Notes under the pieces: model-generated | The model's database searches: none | What the model was told of the DNA's origin: nothing | Seen by the model: only the letters and a program-made list of their open reading frames with translations | Shown: one piece after another, positions 28,366 through 37,887 of the stretch | Layout: every line of letters starts with the position of its first letter | Numbering within the stretch: position 1 is the first letter of the stretch | Made by a program: the position numbers and the translations under genes | DNA from: an uncultured Bacilli bacterium | GTDB lineage: Bacteria > Bacillota_I > Bacilli_A > RF39 > UBA660 | Direction: 5' to 3' | DNA: 64,000 nt | Assembly: GCA_947632595.1 (NCBI GenBank) | Contig: CANRPY010000001.1 | Coordinates: 2,457 to 66,456 of the forward strand

Positions 28366-28461
28366 TGAATTATATATATAATTTTTTATTTATTATTTTT
28401 CTTTTAATTAATATATTATACATGCACAATAATTCATTTATTTTATGCATATCGTTGCATA

Positions 28462-28797
28462 CTAACTTGAATCATCTTGCACATCTATATCTTGATTTAT
28501 ATATATCCTTCGTTGAATTAAATCGTTATTTCTAACTCTTTTTATATCAATATATCCTCTTTCTTTTAATCTATTTAAAGAGTAATTAATTGTTCTTACT
28601 TTAACAAAAGATAAATTTGATAATACTTTATTAGTTGCAAAACAATAACCATTTAATCTACTAAGATTATAAATATTGCCAAATAAAAAGCAGTCTGATT
28701 TAGTCAAACTGCTATCTTTCATTAGTTCTCTAGGAATAAGTATAAAATCTTTTTTCAAATACAATTTTCTCCTTTCTAAATGTCCCAAAAATATCAT
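28462..28797 (-). CDS. Winged-helix DNA-binding protein (replication-organiser/regulator-like)
   Basis: ATNKVLSNLSFVKVRTINYSLNRLKERGYIDIKR is a wHTH pattern. The gene has a palindrome-rich upstream region. Confidence 0.5.
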   Translation of the reverse strand: MIFLGHLERRKLYLKKDFILIPRELMKDSSLTKSDCFLFGNIYNLSRLNGYCFATNKVLSNLSFVKVRTINYSLNRLKERGYIDIKRVRNNDLIQRRIYINQDIDVQDDSS

Positions 28798-28831
28798 TTT
28801 TTAATTGATATTTTTGTATCAGGATAAGACG

Positions 28832-28909
28832 ATGGTACCACAACATATATTTCACCTATGTAAAATCTATGTTTCTAATGGTACCAAACCTATTTTGCAC
28901 TTGCAAAAT
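28832..28909. promoter_or_regulatory. Cluster of palindromic operator-like sites upstream of the wHTH gene
   Basis: ATGGTACCA occurs at 28832-28840 and 28878-28886 (TGGTACCA is a palindrome). A perfect inverted repeat ATTTTGCA-ct-TGCAAAAT lies at 28892-28909. Confidence 0.4.
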
Positions 28910-29203
28910 TTATCCCAAATAAGTGATTGAATCTTAATTAATCCTTTATATATAAGCAAAATAAAAATCCCAATATTTATAATATTGAGATTTCAATGGG
29001 ATATAAAGCATTCTTTTTATATACCTCATTATATATAATTTTCACCTATTATAGAAACTTTAACATAAAAAATTGTAATTGTCCATTCGATTTAAAAGTG
29101 ATTTTAAATGTTATTTATACTTCGCAAAACATATATTTTATCCTTTATTTTCAAGGATTTTTTTAAATTAAATTTATGTATATTTTAAAAAAATAATTAA
29201 AAA

Positions 29204-29599
29204 TTATTTATATTTTAAGTTTTTAATATCTATATTCCATAATCCTAATTTACCATTTATCTCTTTATCATAATCAATCTTTTTCACATTTTTTAATTTC
29301 CAAGCATAACCACTTCTATATTTTGCACCATATGCTATATTATTTTCATTCATTATTTTACTATTTAATTTTTCATTAAATTCTAGGCAATCTTCTATTT
29401 CGGCTTCAGCAATAATTCTTTTTGATGGATAATCTAAATTTAAAAATTTAAATTTTTCCATTTCTTTTTTATCGACACCGGCTCCAGCATGGATTAATAC
29501 TTTACCTCTATAATTAGTTTTCCAAGACCTAAATTCATATTTTTTTATTCCTTCTGCAACTAGGGTAGCCCATGGTTGTTTTAATGTTAATATTTTCAT
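29204..29599 (-). CDS. ASCH-domain protein
   Basis: MKILTLKQPWATLVAEGIKKYEFRSW...GKVLIHAG is a typical ASCH (PUA-like) N-terminus. Confidence 0.7.
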   Translation of the reverse strand: MKILTLKQPWATLVAEGIKKYEFRSWKTNYRGKVLIHAGAGVDKKEMEKFKFLNLDYPSKRIIAEAEIEDCLEFNEKLNSKIMNENNIAYGAKYRSGYAWKLKNVKKIDYDKEINGKLGLWNIDIKNLKYK

Positions 29600-29689
29600 A
29601 AATAATCACCATTATTATTTTATCACAATCATTCTCATAATTCTTATGAATTTATACTCAGTATGTTATAATGTATATGGAGGGATAAT

Positions 29690-30685
29690 ATGGTATTAGA
29701 TAAAGTAATGTTTGATAAACTGCACTCATTTTCAGAAAATATTTGCCATGACTTTAATATAAAAGAACCTACAGATAGAGATTCACTTATTAAATATCTT
29801 AGTACTTTGCAGAAAGGCATCGATATTGGGGAAATTAATTCTTCATTTATAGGATTGATGTTATATGATTTTGTATCATCTAAAGAAACACGTGATAGAC
29901 ATACAACTGCGAGAATTTTTGAAGATATTTTTGGAGAATTAGTAGGGGCAAAAGCTACCGATACTTCATCTAGAGTTAATCCTATTGCTCCAAATTATAT
30001 TAAAGTATATGATAATTTATGTAGTAATGTTGATTGGTCAGTTAGTCATGATTTAGCAGGTAATAAACGAGAAAAGGCAGATCATAGAATAGACCAATAT
30101 GAATTATCTATTAAAACATTAAAAGGAAAGCTTTATAATAAAGAAGGTAGAATTGTTAATAATGATTTTAATGATGAAATTAATATAGGTTCTCTATCAC
30201 ACAGAGCATTATTTATTGGATTAACAGATAAAGCTCTTAGCGATAGAAAAGGAGGATTAGGATCTCCAAGACAAACAATTCCACTACTCAAATCCATAAA
30301 AGAAAATAATAAATTTGATGAATTTAAAAGCAGAATAAATGACTATGTAAAATACGTATATAGCGATGATTTATTAATTGTATATAAATCAGGGTATAAA
30401 ATGAAAATAACTTTAATTCCATCAGAATCTTTTGTAACCGCTATTACGGAATCTTTAAATGATGAAAATGGTGGCATAAATTCATTTACAAAAATATGGT
30501 ATAGATGGGAAAATAATAATTTAAGAATAAGATATACAGCATTAATGGACATGATTAAAAAACTAAACTTAAAATATTTTGATACAATTTTTAACTTAGA
30601 AAAAGTATTTGAAAACAAAGAATTTATAGATAATATAATTATTCTAGAAAAATTAATAGATCAAAAAATAGAAGATTTAATTTAA
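29690..30685 (+). CDS. Candidate type II restriction endonuclease (partner of the adjacent C5-MTase)
   Basis: Convergent with, and overlapping by 9 nt, the 3' end of the C5-methyltransferase gene. Possible nuclease core KADHRIDQYELSIKT. No family recognised. Confidence 0.45.
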   Translation: MVLDKVMFDKLHSFSENICHDFNIKEPTDRDSLIKYLSTLQKGIDIGEINSSFIGLMLYDFVSSKETRDRHTTARIFEDIFGELVGAKATDTSSRVNPIAPNYIKVYDNLCSNVDWSVSHDLAGNKREKADHRIDQYELSIKTLKGKLYNKEGRIVNNDFNDEINIGSLSHRALFIGLTDKALSDRKGGLGSPRQTIPLLKSIKENNKFDEFKSRINDYVKYVYSDDLLIVYKSGYKMKITLIPSESFVTAITESLNDENGGINSFTKIWYRWENNNLRIRYTALMDMIKKLNLKYFDTIFNLEKVFENKEFIDNIIILEKLIDQKIEDLI

Positions 30686-31810
30686 AAAATCTTCTATTTT
30701 TATTGGAAAAATTTTGGCAATGTTATATGCCATTAAAACTGGAACAGCATTTCCTATTTGTCTATAACAAGCAGACGTGCTTCCTAAAAATAAAAATGTA
30801 TCAGGAAAAGATTGTATTCTAGCAACTTCTCGAACGCTCATTCTTCTATTATATTCAGGATGAGGAATAATTAATGGGCCTCCTGTACCACTACCTCTTC
30901 CCATTATCGTTGGAGAATATTTATCCCAATATGTTGGTCTATTTCCAACCATATGTGCTTTTTTTTGATTCAATTTACATTTAGATGATGTGTGATTCAG
31001 TACTTCACTATTATCAATATTTGTTTCTTCGGGTAGTCCAAAAATTGTATCTCTTAATGTTTGATACTGATATTTTATATTTTGATCAAAATAATCATTA
31101 ATATTTATTTTTTTATTATTACACAATTTATTAAACATATCTGTAACGACTAAGTATGTATTTTTAGGTTGCTTAATATTACTATTCTTTGAATGAGTCT
31201 CTTTTACTAATAACCTCTTTTTTTTCTTTTTTGAATCAGCAGGTTTGTCTGTAATGGGCATTTTAATTTTTGATGCATAATCATTCCTTACTCCAAAAAT
31301 TATGACCCTTTCACGATTTTGTGGAACACCATAATTTAATGCATTTAAAACATTATAATATACTGTATATCCATCACCAATTGATTCAATATCTTTAATA
31401 ATCATTTCTAAAATTTTTCCCTTTTCCATATTTTCTAAGCCTTTAACATTTTCTAATAATATAAATTTAGGATTTTTTATTTTGATCATTTTTAAAACTT
31501 GCAAATACAAATAATTTCTTTCATCTTCCATACTTCTGTTAATATTGGCTATAGAAAAACCTTGACAAGGAAATCCTCCAATAACTATATCTGCATCAGG
31601 TATTTCTTTTTTTAATTTTTCTTCATCTTGATTTAAGTATTCTAATATATCACCTCTAACAACTTTATGCTTATTAAATCTATTAAAGTTTTCTTCATAT
31701 GTATCCACTGCATAGTCATCAAAATCATTTGCCCATACTATTTTATGACCAGCTAAAGAAAAGCCTAAGTCTAATCCACCAGCTCCTGAGAACATTGATA
31801 TAACCTTCAT
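30677..31810 (-). CDS. DNA (cytosine-5)-methyltransferase
   Basis: Motif I FSGAGGLDLGF, motif IV GGFPCQGFS, motif VI LLENVKGL, motif VIII QNRERV, motif X RQIGNAVPV. Confidence 0.92.
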   Translation of the reverse strand: MKVISMFSGAGGLDLGFSLAGHKIVWANDFDDYAVDTYEENFNRFNKHKVVRGDILEYLNQDEEKLKKEIPDADIVIGGFPCQGFSIANINRSMEDERNYLYLQVLKMIKIKNPKFILLENVKGLENMEKGKILEMIIKDIESIGDGYTVYYNVLNALNYGVPQNRERVIIFGVRNDYASKIKMPITDKPADSKKKKKRLLVKETHSKNSNIKQPKNTYLVVTDMFNKLCNNKKININDYFDQNIKYQYQTLRDTIFGLPEETNIDNSEVLNHTSSKCKLNQKKAHMVGNRPTYWDKYSPTIMGRGSGTGGPLIIPHPEYNRRMSVREVARIQSFPDTFLFLGSTSACYRQIGNAVPVLMAYNIAKIFPIKIEDFLN

Positions 31811-31842
31811 TTTTTTATCACTCCTAACTGACTTTTATTTAG

Positions 31843-34065
31843 TTATTTTAAATCTATTTCTTCTTCAGCCTTATTGTATAATTCAATTTTATTTTCAACA
31901 TCAACTTTTGTAACGAGCCATTTTCTTAAAGAACAAAGTCTTATAAAATCATCAATTCTATTTATTCCATTTATTTCTTTTAATGTAATTACAATTCCAA
32001 ATTTTATTCCCTCTCCATCTCTTTTTTCCAATCGCTCTTTAGTTTTAATACTTATGCCCCATAATTCATTTGAATACCTTTTTTTAGGCTTAGAACCATC
32101 TTTTAATATTTCAATTATGTGTTTTACATTATCCCACTTTCTATAATTTTTTCGTGCATTACCTTCATACATATAGTGACCTTTTTCAGTTTGATAGTTA
32201 TTATTTATTGTTTTTATATGACCCTTGTCATCAATTCTGCCAAATGATAAATCTAGTTCTGTATTAGTGTAATCTACACCTTGATTTCTTGAACAATTGG
32301 GAAAATAACATAATGTGGCCCTTGAAATAAATGGATATTTATTATTATGTAATGGAACTGGAATATCATATGTATATGTATCATATTTTTCTGAAATTCC
32401 TTCAATAACAAATTTTATTTCATCATCTTTAGAATTTATGATATCCTCTATTCTTTTTGGAACAACACCATATCCTAATAATGGAGCCTCTTCTTGATTA
32501 ATTATTTCTTTCCAATTTGTTGCAGAATCAATTATTAGGGCTTTAGCTACTTCTCTACTTAATCCTAAAATGTCAATTAAATAAGACATTTTTCTAGAAA
32601 TCCATGGAGCTGCAAATGATGTCCCAGCTAATAAACATTCCCCACAAGAATTACAAGCTTTAATATAATCATTTTTATCTCCACCATAGTAACATATATC
32701 TGGCTTATTAAAAAAGGATAATACTAAGCCCTTCCTAGAGTATGATGCTGGAGTACCCTTTGAGTTAACAGAATTAACAACCAATGCATTTATTGAATCA
32801 GCAGGTGCACCAATCATTTCTACATTTTCTTTTTGTTTATTAGTTCCAGCAATTACAAATATAACATTATTTTCATATTGAATTTTATCCAATATGGCTG
32901 CCTCAGGTGATATAAAATTAGGATTAATCTCAAGAGCTGAACCAAGCGATAAATTCCAAACTTTAATATCTCTATTAGTTTTTACTATCTCCTTAATGTG
33001 TCTTAATATAGCAAATGAACTCATTTGCTTAGAAAGGGCAACACCAAAATGTCTAACTTTAAATCTGCCACATCCATCATCCAGTTCTGGATTTATATTT
33101 GGGCCATCTACTATAATAGATGATACCGCTGTGCCATGATCCATATCTTCTGAAGATGTTTCTATATCATCAGAAATCACTTTATGATATTCAACCCAAT
33201 TTGAAAAATAACTTCTGGTATCAAATAATGTATCAATTACTCCAATTGTTGGTTCATTGCTAGGATTTGGTAATTTAGGAATAGTGTCATTATCTAAAGT
33301 AACAAAATCATCTTTTGACAATTCTGAAATATCACTTAAAGTCATTGCAATTAAATATGGTGCTTTCATTTTTAATAAATCTAATTGATCTGGCGTTAGT
33401 AATACCGTTGAATCTTCTTCAATAATTCTCTGAGACAAAATATCTATACCTAATTTATTCATTATTTCTTTTATATTATCATCAGTTTTATACAAAGTAA
33501 CTAATGCATTATCACTTATAATATCGCTATTGTCGGGTAAATCAAACTTTTCTACATAATACGCATCTACAATTATTTGATTAAAGGCTGACTTAGAAAG
33601 ACCTACTTTTTTTAAATAATTAGATAAATCATCTAGATTGTCTAACTTTTGTTGAGAAACTACACCAGACATTTTTTCTTTGACACATTTAATAACTAAA
33701 TCTAATTTATTAATAGAAGTATTTAATGAAGATAGATGTAGATAATGTGTAATGATATGCTTTGGAGCTTCTTTATTAGTAAATTTTGCACCAACTATTG
33801 TGTTGTTTGTTGTTTTACCAGGCTCACGAATAATTGCAGATATCCTATTACTTTTTGCTATTATATCAATGTAATACACACTAATTAATGCACCATTAAC
33901 TACATTTTGCGTATTCCAAAAACTATATAATTTCTTTAATTGAAATAATAAAGTCTCTAAATGTTCAACCAAAACTATTGAACTACCAGGAAGTACAGCA
34001 GGTCCTGGAGTTGAATTATTTGTTCTCTGATGAAATTGTCCTTTTAATTGAAGTAAGCTATTCAT
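31843..34065 (-). CDS. ietS: S8 (subtilase) serine peptidase with unknown N-terminal domain of about 270 aa; IetS-like
   Basis: Catalytic triad contexts IGVIDTLFD (Asp), DHGTAVSSII (His), GTSFAAPWIS (Ser). It lies 3 nt downstream of the AAA+ ATPase gene. Confidence 0.7.
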   Translation of the reverse strand: MNSLLQLKGQFHQRTNNSTPGPAVLPGSSIVLVEHLETLLFQLKKLYSFWNTQNVVNGALISVYYIDIIAKSNRISAIIREPGKTTNNTIVGAKFTNKEAPKHIITHYLHLSSLNTSINKLDLVIKCVKEKMSGVVSQQKLDNLDDLSNYLKKVGLSKSAFNQIIVDAYYVEKFDLPDNSDIISDNALVTLYKTDDNIKEIMNKLGIDILSQRIIEEDSTVLLTPDQLDLLKMKAPYLIAMTLSDISELSKDDFVTLDNDTIPKLPNPSNEPTIGVIDTLFDTRSYFSNWVEYHKVISDDIETSSEDMDHGTAVSSIIVDGPNINPELDDGCGRFKVRHFGVALSKQMSSFAILRHIKEIVKTNRDIKVWNLSLGSALEINPNFISPEAAILDKIQYENNVIFVIAGTNKQKENVEMIGAPADSINALVVNSVNSKGTPASYSRKGLVLSFFNKPDICYYGGDKNDYIKACNSCGECLLAGTSFAAPWISRKMSYLIDILGLSREVAKALIIDSATNWKEIINQEEAPLLGYGVVPKRIEDIINSKDDEIKFVIEGISEKYDTYTYDIPVPLHNNKYPFISRATLCYFPNCSRNQGVDYTNTELDLSFGRIDDKGHIKTINNNYQTEKGHYMYEGNARKNYRKWDNVKHIIEILKDGSKPKKRYSNELWGISIKTKERLEKRDGEGIKFGIVITLKEINGINRIDDFIRLCSLRKWLVTKVDVENKIELYNKAEEEIDLK

Positions 34066-34068
34066 ATT

Positions 34069-35199
34069 CTAATCTCTCCATTCTCTAGAAACCTGACTTT
34101 TAGAAATTCCCGTAATTATTTCAATTTCTCTAACTGTAAATCCTAGTTTTTGTAAATCCTTTAATTGTAATTTTCTATCTTTGTTTATTTTCTTATACAA
34201 TGTTTTTAAATAGTCTAATTCACGGTCAGGATCACTAAAAGCAATAGATGTCTTTATTAAATTTCTTAAATCTCCAGGATATGGAATTGGATTCATTAAA
34301 TTAATTATCTTTTTAAATAATTTTATATTTCTTCCAGCCTTTTTAAATTTTAAAAGCATTTCATTTAAAATATACTCAGCAACCTCCAACAAATCATCTC
34401 TTGAATAATTATTAAAATTAATTATAGAATCAAATCTTCTTATTAGCGCCTTATCAAATGAAGAAAATAAATTAGTAGTTGCAATAAATAAAATATTGTT
34501 ATTTAATTGATCTAATTCTTTCAGAATTGTAGAAGTTGCTCTTCCCATTTCCCTTATATCATTATCATTCATTCTATCTAATGCTATGGCATCTATCTCA
34601 TCAAAAAGTATTATTACTTTTTCTGGATGAGGCATTTTTTTAATTTCATAAAACAATTCCGTAATGTTTTTAGCGGTTTGACCAAGTTTACTATCAATAA
34701 CTATACTGAAATCCACAGAAAAAATATCTCTTTCTAAGATCCTTGATAATTGCCTAACCGTTTCAGTTTTACCTGTTCCAGGAGCTCCTTCAAATAAAAA
34801 TTTATTGACACCAACATTATGTTTAACAGCATGTATTAATCCAACAATATCATCTTTTATGCTTTCTGGTAAAGGAAATGGTTCTTTACTTGGAGATATT
34901 TTTTTAAAAAAAACCAAATCCGATTTATCAATTTGTGGTACAAAAGTATTTACATCAGAAAGAAGAGCAAGTATATATTCTGATAATTCAACATCACCAG
35001 TTTTATCAAAATATTTTGCAATTTCATATGCCTCATTTCTAAAATATTCATCATTATTTTCTGTATGATATTTAATTAAATTTAATATATTCTTCTTCTT
35101 CATATTATCACCTATATACATTATATATCTTCTGGGACATTTTTGCAATATTTGGGACATATTTTTATCGTTTGTTTTTTGTAATTTCTGTAAAATCAT
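34069..35199 (-). CDS. ietA: AAA+ ATPase with C-terminal HTH; IetA-like
   Basis: Walker A FEGAPGTGKTE, Walker B VIILFDEIDAI, arginine-finger region ALIRRFD, C-terminal LGFTVREIEIITGISKSQVSREW. The true start is probably MKKKNILNL at about 35103. Confidence 0.7.
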   Translation of the reverse strand: MILQKLQKTNDKNMSQILQKCPRRYIMYIGDNMKKKNILNLIKYHTENNDEYFRNEAYEIAKYFDKTGDVELSEYILALLSDVNTFVPQIDKSDLVFFKKISPSKEPFPLPESIKDDIVGLIHAVKHNVGVNKFLFEGAPGTGKTETVRQLSRILERDIFSVDFSIVIDSKLGQTAKNITELFYEIKKMPHPEKVIILFDEIDAIALDRMNDNDIREMGRATSTILKELDQLNNNILFIATTNLFSSFDKALIRRFDSIINFNNYSRDDLLEVAEYILNEMLLKFKKAGRNIKLFKKIINLMNPIPYPGDLRNLIKTSIAFSDPDRELDYLKTLYKKINKDRKLQLKDLQKLGFTVREIEIITGISKSQVSREWRD

Positions 35200-35282
35200 A
35201 AAAAAGATAACTTATTTTTAATAAATTATCTTTAAAATCAAAATTTTCTCGAAGAAAGTTATTTTACTACAAGAGCCTTTTT

Positions 35283-35287
35283 CACCT
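35283..35287. repeat. Right copy of the 5-bp CACCT junction core (att)
   Basis: Element ...agagccttttTCACCTcctgcattta... host. Confidence 0.65.
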
Positions 35288-35559
35288 CCTGCATTTATGT
35301 GATTAGATACTAGTAATGTGTTTTGATATCCTCTTTTTAACTCTTTTATTCGATCAATTCTTTTATCTTTTGGTAAGTATTCATCTTGATCTCTTGTAAT
35401 TACTACGGGTACTCCTAATTCTTTTAATCGATTATACATATATGTCGATATCTCTAGTGTTAAATCTTTCTCTTCTAATCCATTCCCTACTGCACCGCTA
35501 TCGATACCCCCGTGACCGGCATCAATTATTACCAATTCATTCTTCATAAATAAAATCAC
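35283..35559 (-). pseudogene. N-terminal fragment of the split Amidase_3 cell-wall amidase
   Basis: LVIIDAGHGGIDSGAVGNGLEEKDLTL...LLVSNHINAGG is the Amidase_3 N-terminal half. The tracked ORF (35218-35559) then reads through into element DNA (EKGSCSKITFF...). Confidence 0.85.
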
Positions 35560-35727
35560 CTAAAATAATTTATGCTTATTTCAGGTGATTGCTAACGAAA
35601 GAAGGTATTAATATTTATATTCTTAAGTCTTCATTGCTTAATACTTTTTATTTCGTAATCTATTTTTAAAAAAACTATTAATGTTAAATCCATACTGATT
35701 AAATATTTTTGAAAAAATTATGTAATA

Positions 35728-36855
35728 TTATTTATTATCTTTTTTATCTTTAGGTTTAAAATTAATTATTTTAGTTTTTCCACTATCATTAGGTTTTTTA
35801 TCTTCATCAACATTAATTATTGAATATAAGTCTGCTGGTTTTGAAGAGAACAATTGATTCATCATAATTTTTCTTACATTCAAGTAAACTATTCTTTCTT
35901 TTAAATTATTCTCTATTTCATACTGAATCATATCTTCTATTACTTCTTCATCAAAATCGAAACTAAATTCTTCTTCGGATGAATATGGATTGTCATAATG
36001 TTCCACTTTATCTTTTACACCTAGTTCTTTGGCTACAAAGTATAATAATTCGGTTTCAGACATACTACTTTCCGATATACTCATATATTCATGGATCATA
36101 TTAAGCATACTATTATATCTCTTTGCTTCATCAGCCATTTTATATTTGTTCCAGTTTGATTGGATATTTCTTATTTCATTTCTAATATTACTAATTAAAT
36201 CAAGATGGGTACTTATATATGAACTTAGCATTGAATCATAATATCCAATAAAATTAATTATATAATTGTTTATTCCTTTTTCCTCTATTTTTAGAGGTGA
36301 TTTAAATTGATTATGGAGCATTGTTTCAAAATTAATGTCATTATCTTTTATAATCTCATCAATCATTTTTTTGGCATAATATTTTAATATAATATCACTA
36401 CCATTATAAGAATCAAAGATGAGTAAAAATCCCTTTCCTATCTTTGCTTCTAAATTAGGATCTTCTGCTTTTGCAATTTCTATGGCTACTCTTTTTGCAC
36501 AATACGCGGTTTCACTTGATACTTTATATTTATTAGATAAATCATTAGGTAACAATTCAGACATCAAAATATTTAATTCTATTCTTTCTATTTCTGAATC
36601 CACGTTGTTCAAATAATAATCTGCTACTTTTTTTATGAATTCAGCATCATACCAAAATTTTAATACTAAAAACTTAACAAAATTATAATCTTTCTTTAAT
36701 CGTTCAGAACACGAAAAATAAATGTTTGGATTATTAGTATTATTTATAACTTCCATTATAAAATCTTTATCATTCTCTAATTGTTCTCTAGAATAGTTTC
36801 CTAACTCTTCACCATTAATGTATTTTCTAACTAAAGAAATATCTATTTTTATCAT
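35728..36855 (-). CDS. Hypothetical protein with DUF4116-like repeat at the N-terminus
   Basis: LENDKDFIMEVINN..NIYFSCSERLKKDYNFVKFLV resembles the DUF4116 repeat pattern (recalled). ATGA overlap with the sigma-like gene. Confidence 0.35.
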   Translation of the reverse strand: MIKIDISLVRKYINGEELGNYSREQLENDKDFIMEVINNTNNPNIYFSCSERLKKDYNFVKFLVLKFWYDAEFIKKVADYYLNNVDSEIERIELNILMSELLPNDLSNKYKVSSETAYCAKRVAIEIAKAEDPNLEAKIGKGFLLIFDSYNGSDIILKYYAKKMIDEIIKDNDINFETMLHNQFKSPLKIEEKGINNYIINFIGYYDSMLSSYISTHLDLISNIRNEIRNIQSNWNKYKMADEAKRYNSMLNMIHEYMSISESSMSETELLYFVAKELGVKDKVEHYDNPYSSEEEFSFDFDEEVIEDMIQYEIENNLKERIVYLNVRKIMMNQLFSSKPADLYSIINVDEDKKPNDSGKTKIINFKPKDKKDNK

Positions 36856-37784
36856 TAAAATTCCTCCTTATATTTCTGAATATTCCTACTTCTTCTAAGT
36901 TTTCTTAATGCCTTGTTTTCTACTTGTCTAAGTCCTGTTCTTGTAATCCCATGTATATGACAAACATCATCTATATGCATTGGATCGTTGTTATCTAATC
37001 CAAATCTTTCATGTATTATTTTCTTCATTCTTTCATTTGTAAGTACTTGATCTACTTCTTCAATAAATTTTTCTAACATAATCTCTCTTATTATATTGTC
37101 TTCTATATTTGAATTATCTGAAGTTTCAGTTGGAAAAGTTTCTACTAATCCTAGATTAATTATTAGTCTTATGTAGTTACTTATTTTCGTTTTTCCTAAT
37201 CGTATATCTTCTTTATCTGTTCTTATGTTGTTGTATGCTGCTTCCAATAAGGGAATTAAATGGATAGCATAATCATATGTAAAAAATGACCATTTGTTGG
37301 TATCATAATATTTTTCTTTGATAACATTTTGAAAATTTATATTTGGCGCGCTATTTTTAAGTTCTACATACAATATGAAAAGTTCCACAAAAAGGTCTGC
37401 AGAAATACCAAACTGTTCATTTACTACTATTTCATCACCACATAAAATATTGCAAACAGTATTAAGAAATGTTGAGGTAAATATGAGTGAATATTTATTT
37501 ACTTTTAATAAATCACCACTATATATTTTTTTGATCCAAACTTCATTAAATGCACTAATTATGTCATTCATATCATAAGAGGTGGAGGTAAGTAGCTCTA
37601 AGTTACTTCTTTTTATATATTCATAGACAACATAAAGTGTTCCTAATACAAGTCTATCCATATATAATTTTTTTTGTTTTTCATCAGGGGTATTTATTGC
37701 TTTTCTATATAGTTCTTGAGCATCTACTATTTTTAATCTTTCAAATGAAGATATTTGATCATACCATTGTTTTAATTCTTCCAT
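36855..37784 (-). CDS. Divergent sigma-70-family factor
   Basis: Region 4.2 HTH MHIDDVCHIHGITRTGLRQVENKALRKLRRS. A weak region-2-like segment YMDRLVLGTLYVVYEYIKR...DIISAFNEVWIKKI. Confidence 0.55.
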   Translation of the reverse strand: MEELKQWYDQISSFERLKIVDAQELYRKAINTPDEKQKKLYMDRLVLGTLYVVYEYIKRSNLELLTSTSYDMNDIISAFNEVWIKKIYSGDLLKVNKYSLIFTSTFLNTVCNILCGDEIVVNEQFGISADLFVELFILYVELKNSAPNINFQNVIKEKYYDTNKWSFFTYDYAIHLIPLLEAAYNNIRTDKEDIRLGKTKISNYIRLIINLGLVETFPTETSDNSNIEDNIIREIMLEKFIEEVDQVLTNERMKKIIHERFGLDNNDPMHIDDVCHIHGITRTGLRQVENKALRKLRRSRNIQKYKEEF

Positions 37785-37887
37785 ATTAATCCATGTTTAT
37801 AGTTCATCTTTATTAAAAATATTACTCATGTCTTCTAATGAACTTTTTACCTTTAATAAATTTTCTTTCATTACAAATTACCCCTTT

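Larger units (their letters stand above)
25825..35287. mobile_element. Integrated element of about 9.5 kb with a large serine recombinase, carrying R-M and IetAS-like defence cargo, inserted in the amidase gene
   Basis: The two halves of one amidase ORF flank it. Deleting 25825-35287 joins ...SNHINAGG to GAGAEVVFS... in frame. The recombinase gene is adjacent to the left end, and no structural phage or conjugation genes are present. Confidence 0.85.

Noticed and set aside
28851-29051. Recurrences of TTCACCTAT inside the element (28851 and 29043) that contain the CACCT att core.
   Set aside because: A 5- to 9-bp match in AT-rich DNA is expected by chance. No flanking similarity to either junction was seen, so it is not treated as an internal att site.
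35218-35282. C-terminal 21 residues (EKGSCSKITFFEKILILKIIY) of the tracked 113-aa ORF.
   Set aside because: This is read-through from the amidase N-terminal fragment into element DNA past the CACCT junction, not a genuine protein end.
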